Assembly (NCBI GenBank): GCA_020350785.1
Contig: CP070722.1
Coordinates: 2,011,771-2,024,757, forward strand
Reading direction: 5' to 3'
DNA from: Gemmatimonadota bacterium
Lineage (GTDB): Bacteria; Gemmatimonadota; Gemmatimonadetes; Palauibacterales; KS3-K002
DNA: 12,987 nt
A program made the position numbers and the translations under genes. Under the pieces are notes generated by a model that saw only the letters and a program-made list of their open reading frames with translations, was not told where the DNA came from and ran no database searches. Positions 1 through 7,892 of this stretch are shown here, one piece after another; position 1 is the stretch's first letter, and every line of letters starts with the position of its first letter.

Positions 1-192
1 GAGGTGAAGCACAAGACTTACGTCGATGTGAATGAGGAGGGCACCGAGGCGGCGGCGGTGACCGGCATCGGCCTCAAGGTCACGAGCGTGCCTCCGCGGA
101 TCGTGGTGGACCGTCCCTTCGTCTTCGCGATCCGTGAGCGGTCCTCGGGAGCGCTCATCTTTCTGGGTGTGATCATGGACCCGGCGGCCTGA
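1..192 (+). CDS. Serpin (serine protease inhibitor), C-terminal fragment truncated at the window start; contains the reactive-centre loop
   Basis: Frame 1 is open from nt 1 to TGA at 190-192. The serpin hinge motif 'EEGTEAAAVTG' is followed by '...TSVPPRIVVDRPFVFAI', which matches the P15-P1' and s1C region of antitrypsin ('[27 protein letters not shown]'). Counting from the hinge puts P1-P1' at about Thr-Ser. The upstream part of the gene lies outside the window. Confidence 0.8.
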   Translation, partial: EVKHKTYVDVNEEGTEAAAVTGIGLKVTSVPPRIVVDRPFVFAIRERSSGALIFLGVIMDPAA

Positions 193-210
193 TCGACGCT
201 TCAGGCCGCC
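183..210 (+). terminator. Perfect 10-bp inverted repeat (GGCGGCCTGA / TCAGGCCGCC, 8-nt loop) overlapping the serpin stop codon; candidate intrinsic terminator without a U-tract
   Basis: Seen directly: 183-192 ggcggcctga, loop 193-200, 201-210 tcaggccgcc. A second 10-bp stem lies at 247-256/264-273 (ccgccgggct / agcccggcgg). No T-tract follows either, which is common in high-GC genomes but lowers confidence. Confidence 0.35.
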
Positions 211-484
211 TGCGAACCACGCCTATCCCCGTCCGCCACTTCGCGCCCGCCGGGCTCCGATTCAGCCCGGCGGCCCGTCCACCCGGCCCTCGCGGAGAGC
301 CGGGCCAATCCGGCGAACCGTCGCTGTTCCCAGGTCCGGTGCCCCGTCGACCCCAACGCCTCCAACACTTTGCGTAGCGCCACGCCGAGCTTTAGGCGAG
401 TCTGCCGCTGCCCGGCCTCGCAGGGGCGCAGGTGGCGGCAGGGCGCGGGCTTTGTATCGACATAGTACATCGGAAAGACTCCAT

Positions 485-556
485 TGTGTCAGTGATACAT
501 TCACATCTTGATCTTGACATTTTACGGTGTCAAGGCTTAGATTGTCACTATGACAA
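485..556 (+). promoter_or_regulatory. AT-rich promoter/operator region of the MocR-type regulator. It has -35 TTGACA (514-519), a -10-like TTAGAT/TAGATT (537-543), and five TGTCA/TGACA half-sites including a perfect palindrome TTGTCA-cta-TGACAA (542-556) spanning the ATG
   Basis: Seen directly: gTGTCA 486-491, TTGACA 514-519, TGTCAAG 528-534 (an inverted repeat with CTTGACA 513-519, 8-nt spacer), and TTGTCActaTGACAA 542-556. The -10 ends about 7 nt before ATG 550, and there is no Shine-Dalgarno sequence, so a leaderless or near-leaderless mRNA is likely. GntR/FadR-type operators are typically TnGT...ACnA palindromes. Confidence 0.45.
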
Positions 557-1938
557 TTTGGGCGCCAGATATAACGAATCGGGAAGGGCCCCTGTATCGG
601 GCGATCGCCGATGCCATCGCCGGGGCTCTGGAGGTCGGCGAGCTGAAGCCCGGCGACGGGCTACCGACGCATCGCGCGCTGGCCCGCGACCTTGGAGTGA
701 CGGTAGGGACGGTGAGCCGGGGCTACGCGGAGGCGGAACGCCGCGGCCTGGTCGTTGGCGAGGTGGGTCGGGGCACATTCGTGAGGGGCGAGGAGGTTGG
801 TGGTCTGCAGGCGTTCGAGACGGGTGTGGAAGATGTCGCCGTGGACATGGGCCTCAATTTTCCGTTCGTCTCCGCGGAAGAGGGTCAGATACTGGCGGAC
901 ACGTTGCGGGCGCTGGCGAACCGCCCGGATCACACCGAGTTACTGACTTATCAGCGCCACTCGGGGTCGGCCTTTCAGCGGGAGGCGGGTGCTCGGCTGG
1001 TGGGGCGCCTCGGCCTGAGCGCCGATAGCTCTCGGGTGCTGGTTACGGCGGGCGCCCAGCACGCTCTCAACGTCATCTTCGGCACGCTCACGCGCCCGGG
1101 CGATGTGGTGCTGACCGAGTCGCTGACCTATCCCGGCATGAAGTCGCTGGCGCAGATGTTGGGACTCGGGCTGCGCGGTCTAACCATGGACGAGCAGGGC
1201 GTCGTGCCCGAGGCCTTTGAACGCGCCTGCCAGGCCGAGGACGCGCGGGCGCTTTACCTGATTCCAACCCTGCAGAACCCCACCTGCTCGGTGATGCCGG
1301 AGCGGCGGCGGCGCGAGATCGCCGAGGTCGCCGATCGTTTCGGAATACTGATCGTCGAAGACGATGTGCACGGGTTGCTGGTGGAGGAAGCTCCGACCCC
1401 CGTGGCGGCCTTCGCGCCCGAGAACAGTTGTTACGTTGCGAGCACCGGTAAGAGCATCGCTCCGGCGCTGCGGGTCGGCTACCTGGTGGCGCCGGAGCGG
1501 CTGGTGGACAGGCTAGACGCCGGGGTGCGAACCACCACCTGGATGGCTTCGCCTTTGACGGCAGAGATCGCCGCGCTGTGGATCACGCAAGGCACCGTGG
1601 AACGCATTGTACGCGGCAAGCGCGCACTGGCGCGTGAGCGCCAGCAGATCGTCCGAGAGGGGCTGGCGTCGTTCGAGTATGTCAGTCACCCGGAGGCGAT
1701 CCATGTGTGGTTGCGCCTGCCCGAGCCTTGGCGCAGCGCCGACTTTGTCGAGCAGGCTCGCCAGCGCGGTGTTCAGGTGACCGGCGCCGAGTCGTTCGCC
1801 GTTGGCCGGGAGGCGATCCCGCATGCCGTTCGGCTGGGGATCGCGGCGCCACGGAGCCACGCGGCGTTGCGGCGCGGCCTTGCGATTCTGCGGGAGATTC
1901 TGGAGGGCCGGTCGGAGCCCTGTTGCGCTGTCGTCTGA
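550..1938 (+). CDS. MocR/GabR-family transcriptional regulator (N-terminal GntR winged HTH fused to a PLP-dependent aminotransferase class I/II-like domain)
   Basis: The N-terminus 'PLYRAIADAIAGALEVGELKPGDGLPTHRALARDLGVTVGTVSRGYAEAERRGLV' is a GntR HTH. The remaining about 380 aa have an aminotransferase-fold layout ('LTYQRHSGSAFQREA...', 'YLIPTLQNPTCSVM', 'ILIVEDDVHG', 'STGKSIAPALRVGY'). ATG 550 is the only start in the open frame (TAG at 538-540). Confidence 0.9.
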   Translation: MTIWAPDITNREGPLYRAIADAIAGALEVGELKPGDGLPTHRALARDLGVTVGTVSRGYAEAERRGLVVGEVGRGTFVRGEEVGGLQAFETGVEDVAVDMGLNFPFVSAEEGQILADTLRALANRPDHTELLTYQRHSGSAFQREAGARLVGRLGLSADSSRVLVTAGAQHALNVIFGTLTRPGDVVLTESLTYPGMKSLAQMLGLGLRGLTMDEQGVVPEAFERACQAEDARALYLIPTLQNPTCSVMPERRRREIAEVADRFGILIVEDDVHGLLVEEAPTPVAAFAPENSCYVASTGKSIAPALRVGYLVAPERLVDRLDAGVRTTTWMASPLTAEIAALWITQGTVERIVRGKRALARERQQIVREGLASFEYVSHPEAIHVWLRLPEPWRSADFVEQARQRGVQVTGAESFAVGREAIPHAVRLGIAAPRSHAALRRGLAILREILEGRSEPCCAVV

Positions 1939-1976
1939 GCGCTGGCTCGATGACCTCTCTTCGTTTCGCGCTTTTC

Positions 1977-3413
1977 TTATAGGAGGCGCAGTCCGAACCG
2001 CGTGCGCTTGAAGAGAGCCGCGAGCAGTAGCGAGAAGAACGGACCTCCGTAGCAGAAGATCGCCCACGGCGCGTATCGAATCGTGGACACGCCCAGGGTG
2101 GTCGCCATGAAGACGGCCGAGACCGTCCACGGCATCAGAGGCTCGGTGATCGTCACCGAGTCCTCGAGTGAGCGCGAGAGATTCTCCGCAGCGAGGCCCC
2201 GCTCCTCGTAAGCCTCCTGGAACAGGCCTCCAATCACCAGGGCCGTCACCCCACCGTGGCTGGTGAGGGCGATCATCGTGCCACCTGCCGCCATCGTCGC
2301 GGCGATCAGCCCGAACACCGAGCGGACCGCTTGCAGCATGCGGTCGATCAGCAGGTGGAGCGCGCCCGACACATCCATCGCCCCGGCCAGCAGGAAGGCC
2401 GCGATCACCACGATGAGCGTGTTGGCCATGCCGTAGAGCCCGCCGCGTACCACCAGCCTGATGAACGCTTCACCGAGGGTGGCAGGGTCGGCGCCCACCG
2501 AAGCGACCATCTCGGCCCGAAAGCCGCCGACGGCCGCCACGACCGCGTCCTGAATACTGAACCCTTCAACTACGACGCCGATCGCCGCCGCCACCAGAGC
2601 CGACAGCGAGATGGCCAGCGCGGGCGGCAGGCGTCGCACGATTCCCCAGATGACGATTACCGGCGGCAGCAGGGCGATCCAGTGGAGGCTGAACACCGCG
2701 GCGATGTCGGCGAGCACGAGGCGGGCGCTCTCCGGCATGCCGTCGGCTGGGACGGGCGCCAGCCGGGCCGCCAGCGTGTAGAGGACGAGGCAGAGAACGA
2801 AAGAGGGAACCGCCGTATAGAGCATGTGGCGGATATGCACGAAGAGCGGGGCACCGGCCCCGATGGCGCAGATGTTCGTCGAGTCCGACAAAGGCGAGAG
2901 CTTGTCGCCGAAGTAGGCGCCGGAGACGACCGCTCCCGCCGTGGCGGCGAGGGGGGCATCCAGGGCAGCCGCCGTCCCCATCAACGCGACGCCGATCGTT
3001 CCGGCGGAGCCCCAGGACGTGCCGGTAAACGACGACATGATCGCTGTGGCGAGGAACGCGGTGAGCACCAGATAGCGCGGGCTCACCAGCTGCACGCCCC
3101 AGTAGACCAGGAACGGGATCGTACCCGAGAGCACCCAGGTGGCAATCAACATCCCGATCGCCAGCAGAATGAGAATCGCCGGCAGTACGTCCGCCAGCTT
3201 CTTGCCGGTGGAGCGCTGGATGTCATCCCAGGTGTGGCCGTGTCTTGCGGCGACGAGTCCGGCCACCGCCGCCGAGCCGATCAACACCGCGACCAACAGC
3301 TCGCTGCTCAGCTCTAGAAAGAGCGCCCCCAGAGCGAACAGCACCAGCATCGTCGCGATAGGCAGCAATGCTTCGCCTGCCGTCAGCGACTTCGAGGTGC
3401 GTAAGAGCGTCAA
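1977..3413 (-). CDS. Polytopic membrane transporter, NhaC-family-like (Na+/H+ antiporter superfamily; MetT-type methionine/amino-acid transporters belong here)
   Basis: 478 aa, with about 11-12 hydrophobic segments throughout and glycine-rich segments such as 'GTSWGSAGTIGVALMG' that resemble NhaC-family signatures. Its start (ATG ending 3413) overlaps the stop of the upstream PLP-enzyme gene by 4 nt, indicating translational coupling. The family assignment is from memory and was not searched. Confidence 0.6.
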   Translation of the reverse strand: MTLLRTSKSLTAGEALLPIATMLVLFALGALFLELSSELLVAVLIGSAAVAGLVAARHGHTWDDIQRSTGKKLADVLPAILILLAIGMLIATWVLSGTIPFLVYWGVQLVSPRYLVLTAFLATAIMSSFTGTSWGSAGTIGVALMGTAAALDAPLAATAGAVVSGAYFGDKLSPLSDSTNICAIGAGAPLFVHIRHMLYTAVPSFVLCLVLYTLAARLAPVPADGMPESARLVLADIAAVFSLHWIALLPPVIVIWGIVRRLPPALAISLSALVAAAIGVVVEGFSIQDAVVAAVGGFRAEMVASVGADPATLGEAFIRLVVRGGLYGMANTLIVVIAAFLLAGAMDVSGALHLLIDRMLQAVRSVFGLIAATMAAGGTMIALTSHGGVTALVIGGLFQEAYEERGLAAENLSRSLEDSVTITEPLMPWTVSAVFMATTLGVSTIRYAPWAIFCYGGPFFSLLLAALFKRTRFGLRLL

Positions 3414-4579
3414 CCGAGCAGATCCAACGCGCCTGCAAGATCGTCGATCAGGACATCAGAGCCTTCCAGTCCGATCGACAAGCGAACCATCCCGGGAGGA
3501 ATGCCCCGCGCCTCAAGCTCTAGCCTGTTTGTCCCCCGGTTCGGTGAGATGACCAGGCTCTCGACTCCGCCCCAGCTGACGCCGATCCGGAAGCGTCGCA
3601 ACCCGTCGATGAAGCGGGCGACGCTCTCGAAATCGCCGCGCACCAGCTCGAAGCTCAACAGCCCCGAGTACCCGCTGAACTGCCGCTCGACCAGTTGGCT
3701 GTCCTCCGTCAAGGCGGGATGGAACACGCGACGCACGGCGGGATGGCCTTGCAGGAACCTGGCGACGCGCAGCGCGTCGGCCTCATGTTGGCGAAGACGT
3801 ATGGGCAGAGTTCGCAAGCCGCGCAGCAGCAGCCAGGCGTCGAAGGGTGCCAGGATCCCTCCGTTGAGCAGGAAGGCTCTGAAGAAGATCTCCTCGATCC
3901 GCTCCGACGTGGAGATCACGGCGCCGGCGACCAGATCGCTGTGACCGGCCAGGTACTTGGTGCAGCTGTGCACCACGATGTCGGCGCCGAGCGAGAGCGG
4001 CTTCTGGCAGAGCGGTGTGGCCCAGCTGTTGTCGACGCAGGTCGGAATACCGCGCTCGCGGGCTACGGAGGTCAGGGCCGGGATGTCGAGCACGCGGAAC
4101 AGCATCGTGCCCGGGCTCTCCAGCCAGACCAGTTGCGTGTTCGGTCGCAGCGCCTGCTCGAAAGCATGGACATCGAGGTCGAGGAGTAGGTCGTGCTCGA
4201 TCCCGAAGCGGCTCAGGTGCTCGGCGAGCTGGAGGGTCGGCCCGTAAGTGTGGTTGACGAACAGGATGTGGTCGCCGGAGCGCAGCAACCCGAGCATCAC
4301 GGCGCTGATGGCGGCCATCCCCGAACCGAAACACTTGCATGCTTCACCGCGCTCCAGCGCGGCCAACTTCCGCTCGACCGCTTCCACCGTGGGGTTTCGG
4401 CCCCGGGTGTAGACGTGACTTCGGTGCTCGGCGCCCAGCCCGTCCACGAGCGCCTGAAAGTTTGGGAAGGTGAATAGCGAGGTCTGGACGATGGGCGTAG
4501 AGGTCGGCGCGGCACCTTGCGCCTCGATTTCCTCATCACCGGCGACGCAGATCGCGACGTCAGAGGGATCGATCAGCAT
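3410..4579 (-). CDS. Cys/Met-metabolism PLP-dependent enzyme (cystathionine gamma-synthase / cystathionine beta-lyase / methionine gamma-lyase family, PF01053-like)
   Basis: 389 aa with 'PIVQTSLFTF', 'YTRGRNPT', and the PLP-lysine motif 'HSCTKYLAGHSDLVAG'. The C-terminal 'GGVESLVISP...TH' region is typical of this family. An AAGG RBS lies 8 nt upstream of the ATG. Confidence 0.9.
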   Translation of the reverse strand: MLIDPSDVAICVAGDEEIEAQGAAPTSTPIVQTSLFTFPNFQALVDGLGAEHRSHVYTRGRNPTVEAVERKLAALERGEACKCFGSGMAAISAVMLGLLRSGDHILFVNHTYGPTLQLAEHLSRFGIEHDLLLDLDVHAFEQALRPNTQLVWLESPGTMLFRVLDIPALTSVARERGIPTCVDNSWATPLCQKPLSLGADIVVHSCTKYLAGHSDLVAGAVISTSERIEEIFFRAFLLNGGILAPFDAWLLLRGLRTLPIRLRQHEADALRVARFLQGHPAVRRVFHPALTEDSQLVERQFSGYSGLLSFELVRGDFESVARFIDGLRRFRIGVSWGGVESLVISPNRGTNRLELEARGIPPGMVRLSIGLEGSDVLIDDLAGALDLLG

Positions 4580-4629
4580 TCCGCGCCTTGCTCATGCTGC
4601 GGGTATGGCCGGGCTCGGGGGTGGTCTCC

Positions 4630-4653
4630 CACCGTAAGGCTCGGCTTACGGTG
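4630..4653 (-). other. Perfect 9-bp stem / 6-nt loop hairpin (CACCGTAAG gctcgg CTTACGGTG) in the 98-bp spacer between the TerB-like gene and the PLP-enzyme gene
   Basis: Seen directly. On the minus-strand transcript it lies about 25 nt after the upstream stop and about 50 nt before the PLP-gene start. It is either an attenuator/terminator or a 5'-UTR structure. No U-tract follows. Confidence 0.35.
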
Positions 4654-4677
4654 TGAGACAAGCTGAGATCGGACAGC

Positions 4678-5064
4678 TCATGCGCCTCGGGCTTCGCCCC
4701 ACGCTTGCCGCAACCTGAGCAGCAGCGCGTTCTCGCCGGGCGCGAAGCGGCCGTCGGCGTCGGCGATCTCGAGCAGGTCGGTCAGCGCCTCCGCTCGCGC
4801 CTCGTCGTCCAGCTCATCGGCGACGATCCCGATGGAGCGGTGAAGGTGGCCCAGCTCCCCGCGCCCCTTGTCCTCGGCCAGCACGGCGGCGACGGACTCG
4901 ACGGTTTGCTTAAGGCTCTGGGGATCCTCCTGCGGGACCCAGTTGTGCAGGTTGCGGCAGAAGACTTCCAGCTCGTCTTCGCTGATCGATCCATCGCTGA
5001 AGGCGATGGCGGAATAGACGTACGCGAGATGATGTATGAGGCTCCACTGGCTACGGTCGGTCAT
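4678..5064 (-). CDS. Small cytoplasmic protein, TerB-like (tellurite-resistance TerB / DjlA-N-like helical domain), function unknown
   Basis: 128 aa, acidic and all-helical in character. 'IAFSDGSISEDELEVF' and 'LLEIADADGRFAPGENALLLRL' resemble the paired ADG/E motifs of TerB-family domains. A GGAGAG RBS lies 8 nt upstream. The family call is from memory. Confidence 0.5.
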   Translation of the reverse strand: MTDRSQWSLIHHLAYVYSAIAFSDGSISEDELEVFCRNLHNWVPQEDPQSLKQTVESVAAVLAEDKGRGELGHLHRSIGIVADELDDEARAEALTDLLEIADADGRFAPGENALLLRLRQAWGEARGA

Positions 5065-5236
5065 CGCGCTGCTCTCCTACGGGTATCGTGTGGTTGGGTT
5101 CGGCTTCTCCTCCGGGGCAGGCCCTGCAATCCGCTATAATAATGAGGTAGCGCGAAAATCACTTGCTGGCCGCCTGACCCTTCAGACTAACCACTTCGAA
5201 GCAAGAAGACCAGTTCCCCAAAGGCCGTGCAGGTCT

Positions 5237-7432
5237 TCACTCCGTCATCGCCCAGGCGAAAGAAAGCTCATCGGCGTACCATTCCAGCTGCGCATCCCTG
5301 CGGTCAGAGCCGTGCCCGGCGCCCCGGAAAAGGCGCAGCAGCGCCAGCCGCCCGGGGTCGCCCATCCGCTGCAGCTCCGCCACGTACTTGTAGATATGAC
5401 CGGGCTTACAGCGAGGGTCGTTCTCTCCCACGATGTTCAGGATCGGAGGGTCGGGCCCTTCATGTCGTACGTTGTGCAACGGCGAGTAGCGCAGCAGGTA
5501 CTCGAACATCTCCTTGCTCTGCTCCGGGTGGCCCAGCTCCATCGTCACTGTTGCGCCCACGGGCGTCTCCTGTAGCCGCAACATGTCGACTGCGGCGACC
5601 TCGGAGATCACGGCGCCGAACAGGTCCGGCCGTTGATTGTAGGTCGCGGCCGTCAGGAGGCCGCCATTGCTGGCGCCGATGATGGCGATGCGCGAGTGGG
5701 AGGTGTATCCCTCGTTCACCAGGTACTCGGCGGCGGCGAAGAAATCGTCGAAGACGTTCTGCTTGTTGAAGAACTGGCCCGCCTTATGCCAGCCGTCACC
5801 GTACTCTCCTCCGCCGCGCAGGTTGGCGGCCGCGTAGATGCCGCCCTTGTGCAGCCAGGCATGGATGCGATTGTGAAACGCGGGGAGCAAGGGGATGCCC
5901 CAGCCGCCATAGCCGTAGAGTAGAACCTTGGCCGTGCCATCTCGCGGTGCCTCGCGATGTCGGATGATGGTCATCGGCACGCGCGTACCGTCGCTGGAGC
6001 TGTAGAAGACCCGTTCAATGACGTAGTCGGCGAACTCGGCGGGCGTCTGCGGCACGTCAACCGGAGTGAGCGTCCCCGTTTCGGTATCGCAGGCGTAGGT
6101 GGACTGTGGCACCAGGAACGACTGCAGGCCGATATAGATCGTTGGGTCTTCGTCGCGAGTTTCGATCGTGGAGACCCTGCCGGGGAAGGGCAGATCGACC
6201 TCGCTTAGCAGCTCACCGCGAAGATCGTGGATGCGGATCACGTGGATGTTGTCCTGGATGTAGGTGACGTACAGGCGACCCTCATGAAGGACCAAGTTGC
6301 CGGCGTTCGTGCCGCCGTACATCGAGATCGGTTGCTCCAACTCCGGGATCACCTCGCGGAGGTTAGCCAGGCCCGGGCGGTTGATATCGACCGCGACGAT
6401 CCGCCAGTTGGGCGACTGATAATCCGTGCTGAGGAAAACCTCGGTGCCGGCGCTGCCGATGAAGGCGAAACGATACTCGACCGCCGGATCGATCAGCCAG
6501 GTCAACTCCGTGTTCGCCCCGCCCTCGATCGGACGAACCCCCCAGCCACCCCTGGCGCCCATCACGTTCAGGTCGTGGATCAGTAGGTGCTTGTCGTCAT
6601 CGGCCATTACGGCTGTGGCCCGATACCGTCCGTCCCAGGGCCGCGCGTAGACGAGCGCGTCGTCCTCTACGGGGGTGCCGATTCGGTGACGATAGATCCC
6701 CGGCTGCCTCTCGGCGGGCTCTCCTTTCCAGGTCGCGAGGTCGAGGTAGGTGTAGAAGAAGCCGGACTCGTCGGGTAGCCAGGCGGTGACGGACCCATAG
6801 CTGGCCGGGATGAACTCATCGAGTTCTCGAGCAGCCTCGGTGTCGTAAAAGCGGATCTCGGCGGCATCGGCCCCCGCGTAGTAGATGGGGTACCCGACGT
6901 AGCGGCCGCTGGGGCTCACCGTGATCGCGGGCTGGGTGGAGCGCAGGCCGTCCGGGTCATTCTCGTTGAGGTCGAACACCACCTCGGGCTCGGCGTCCGC
7001 GCCTTTCTTCACGTAGAGCACGTTGTGAGGCTTGCCCCCCACCGCCGCGAAAAAGAAGGTGTTGTTTCCCTTGCGGACGGGAACCATGACGACCCCATCA
7101 AGCCAATGATCGCGGAGGTAGGCGATCGTCTCCTGGTGCTCGGGTAGTTGGTCGAAGAACCGCTGGGTGATCGCATCCTGCTCCGCGATCCAGGCCCGCG
7201 TCGCGTCGGATGCCTCATCCTCCAGCCAGCGGTAGGGATCGGCGACCTCCACCCCGTAGTACGTGTCGACCTGCTCCACCCGCTTCGCCGCCGGGTACTC
7301 GATCCAGCTAGTGTCGATCCTCCCTTCGCCGGGCGTGCCGCAGCCCAGCGCGAGCACGACGATGCTGAGGCCCAGGGTCAGCAAGAACGACTCAGCACGG
7401 CTGCGCTGTGGGCGGCTCGGCCGTCCGATCAT
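5237..7432 (-). CDS. Prolyl oligopeptidase (S9A family, prolyl endopeptidase), predicted lipoprotein
   Basis: 731 aa. Catalytic serine motif 'IAIIGASNGGLL', a C-terminal 'GENDPRCKPGH' Asp/His region, and the N-terminal beta-propeller-type sequence 'YPAAKRVEQVDTYYGVEVADPYRWLED'. The N-terminus 'MIGRPSRPQRSRAESFLLTLGLSIVVLALGCG' is a signal peptide plus lipobox. An AAGGAGA RBS lies 6 nt upstream. Confidence 0.9.
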   Translation of the reverse strand: MIGRPSRPQRSRAESFLLTLGLSIVVLALGCGTPGEGRIDTSWIEYPAAKRVEQVDTYYGVEVADPYRWLEDEASDATRAWIAEQDAITQRFFDQLPEHQETIAYLRDHWLDGVVMVPVRKGNNTFFFAAVGGKPHNVLYVKKGADAEPEVVFDLNENDPDGLRSTQPAITVSPSGRYVGYPIYYAGADAAEIRFYDTEAARELDEFIPASYGSVTAWLPDESGFFYTYLDLATWKGEPAERQPGIYRHRIGTPVEDDALVYARPWDGRYRATAVMADDDKHLLIHDLNVMGARGGWGVRPIEGGANTELTWLIDPAVEYRFAFIGSAGTEVFLSTDYQSPNWRIVAVDINRPGLANLREVIPELEQPISMYGGTNAGNLVLHEGRLYVTYIQDNIHVIRIHDLRGELLSEVDLPFPGRVSTIETRDEDPTIYIGLQSFLVPQSTYACDTETGTLTPVDVPQTPAEFADYVIERVFYSSSDGTRVPMTIIRHREAPRDGTAKVLLYGYGGWGIPLLPAFHNRIHAWLHKGGIYAAANLRGGGEYGDGWHKAGQFFNKQNVFDDFFAAAEYLVNEGYTSHSRIAIIGASNGGLLTAATYNQRPDLFGAVISEVAAVDMLRLQETPVGATVTMELGHPEQSKEMFEYLLRYSPLHNVRHEGPDPPILNIVGENDPRCKPGHIYKYVAELQRMGDPGRLALLRLFRGAGHGSDRRDAQLEWYADELSFAWAMTE

Positions 7433-7673
7433 CGATGTCTCCTTTCGTCGGAGCTTCTATTCAGTCACGTAGGTAAGGAGTCCGTGGCCGGCGGCGCGGA
7501 CGGCCAGGCCCAGCGCGGCGGTCGTCTTGCCCTTGCAATCCCTTGTAGATCCGGACGTATCCTTGTTCATGCGATCTGTGGCTCTATCGTCCGGGTATCA
7601 GCGCGGAGTGAGCTTGCAACATATGCCGCAGCAAGCGTCTGAGCGGCGGAATCGAGAGGTTCGGCCGGTCGAA

Positions 7674-7892
7674 CTAGCGCGCACGGAAGCGTCCGGTCTC
7701 GACGATCTCGACTGCCCAGCCCTCGACCTCTACGGGTATTCTGTCTTCGATCTCCGGCGTGGTCCTGGTGACCATAATCCGAATGCACGGCCGGTCGTCT
7801 CGTTGGCCAATGCCCGTTCCTACCACGCCGGGGATCGACATCCAGTCCTGCGTGTGCTCGCTCAGTACCTTGTCTATGCTCCTGTGCGTCAT
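7674..7892 (-). CDS. 72-aa stand-alone protein homologous to the N-terminal pro-like domain of the adjacent serine protease (8129..9871); no signal peptide
   Basis: Aligned by eye: 'SEHTQDWMSIPGVVGTGIGQRDDRPCIRIMV...IPVEVEGWAVEIVETGRFRAR' against protease residues about 58-118 'QERHTERLIAQPGVVGTAVGFGEDGRPVIKIF...LPVAVEVTGMFVARS'. Shared features are HT, PGVVGT, the G.DGRP.I.I block and the terminal V.VE...TG.F.AR. The ORF stops exactly at the domain boundary. A stop codon immediately precedes the start, so no longer form exists. Codon usage is somewhat atypical (ATA x2, AGA, AGG x2). The RBS is weak (GAGAG). Confidence 0.55.
   Translation of the reverse strand: MTHRSIDKVLSEHTQDWMSIPGVVGTGIGQRDDRPCIRIMVTRTTPEIEDRIPVEVEGWAVEIVETGRFRAR

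Noticed and set aside
432-1028. 198-aa ORF and other ORFs (201..470-, 262..504-, 548..778-, 661..933-) overlapping the MocR gene and its upstream region
   Set aside because: They are Arg/Gly/Pro-rich and frame-shifted relative to the strongly supported MocR frame. This is typical spurious ORF content in high-GC DNA.
2256-3317. 353-aa plus-strand ORF, Arg/His/Asp-rich, antisense to the transporter gene
   Set aside because: It has low-complexity R/D/H-rich composition, as expected from reading a GC-rich gene in the wrong frame or strand. It overlaps a well-supported membrane-protein gene entirely, and has no RBS or domain features.
4580-4677. Possible SAM riboswitch upstream of the Cys/Met PLP-enzyme gene
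   Set aside because: The spacer is only 98 nt and contains a single simple hairpin. It is too short and too simple for S-box/SAM-I, and I cannot recognise the SAM-II/IV pseudoknot signatures by eye. It is left as a plain hairpin feature.
5135-5140. Perfect TATAAT on the plus strand in the spacer between the TerB-like and prolyl-oligopeptidase genes
   Set aside because: There is no convincing -35, no downstream plus-strand ORF, and no terminator. A plus transcript would simply be antisense to the peptidase gene. More likely the AT-rich patch belongs to the minus-strand promoter of the TerB-like/PLP/transporter unit.
7590-7673. Possible degraded remnant of a protease catalytic domain continuing in frame after the 72-aa ORF stop ('FDRPNLSIPPL' versus protease 'FPRPVPIGVS')
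   Set aside because: The match is only about 5 scattered residues, and a second stop follows within 30 codons. This is insufficient to call a pseudogene. It is mentioned under the pro-domain finding as an alternative explanation.
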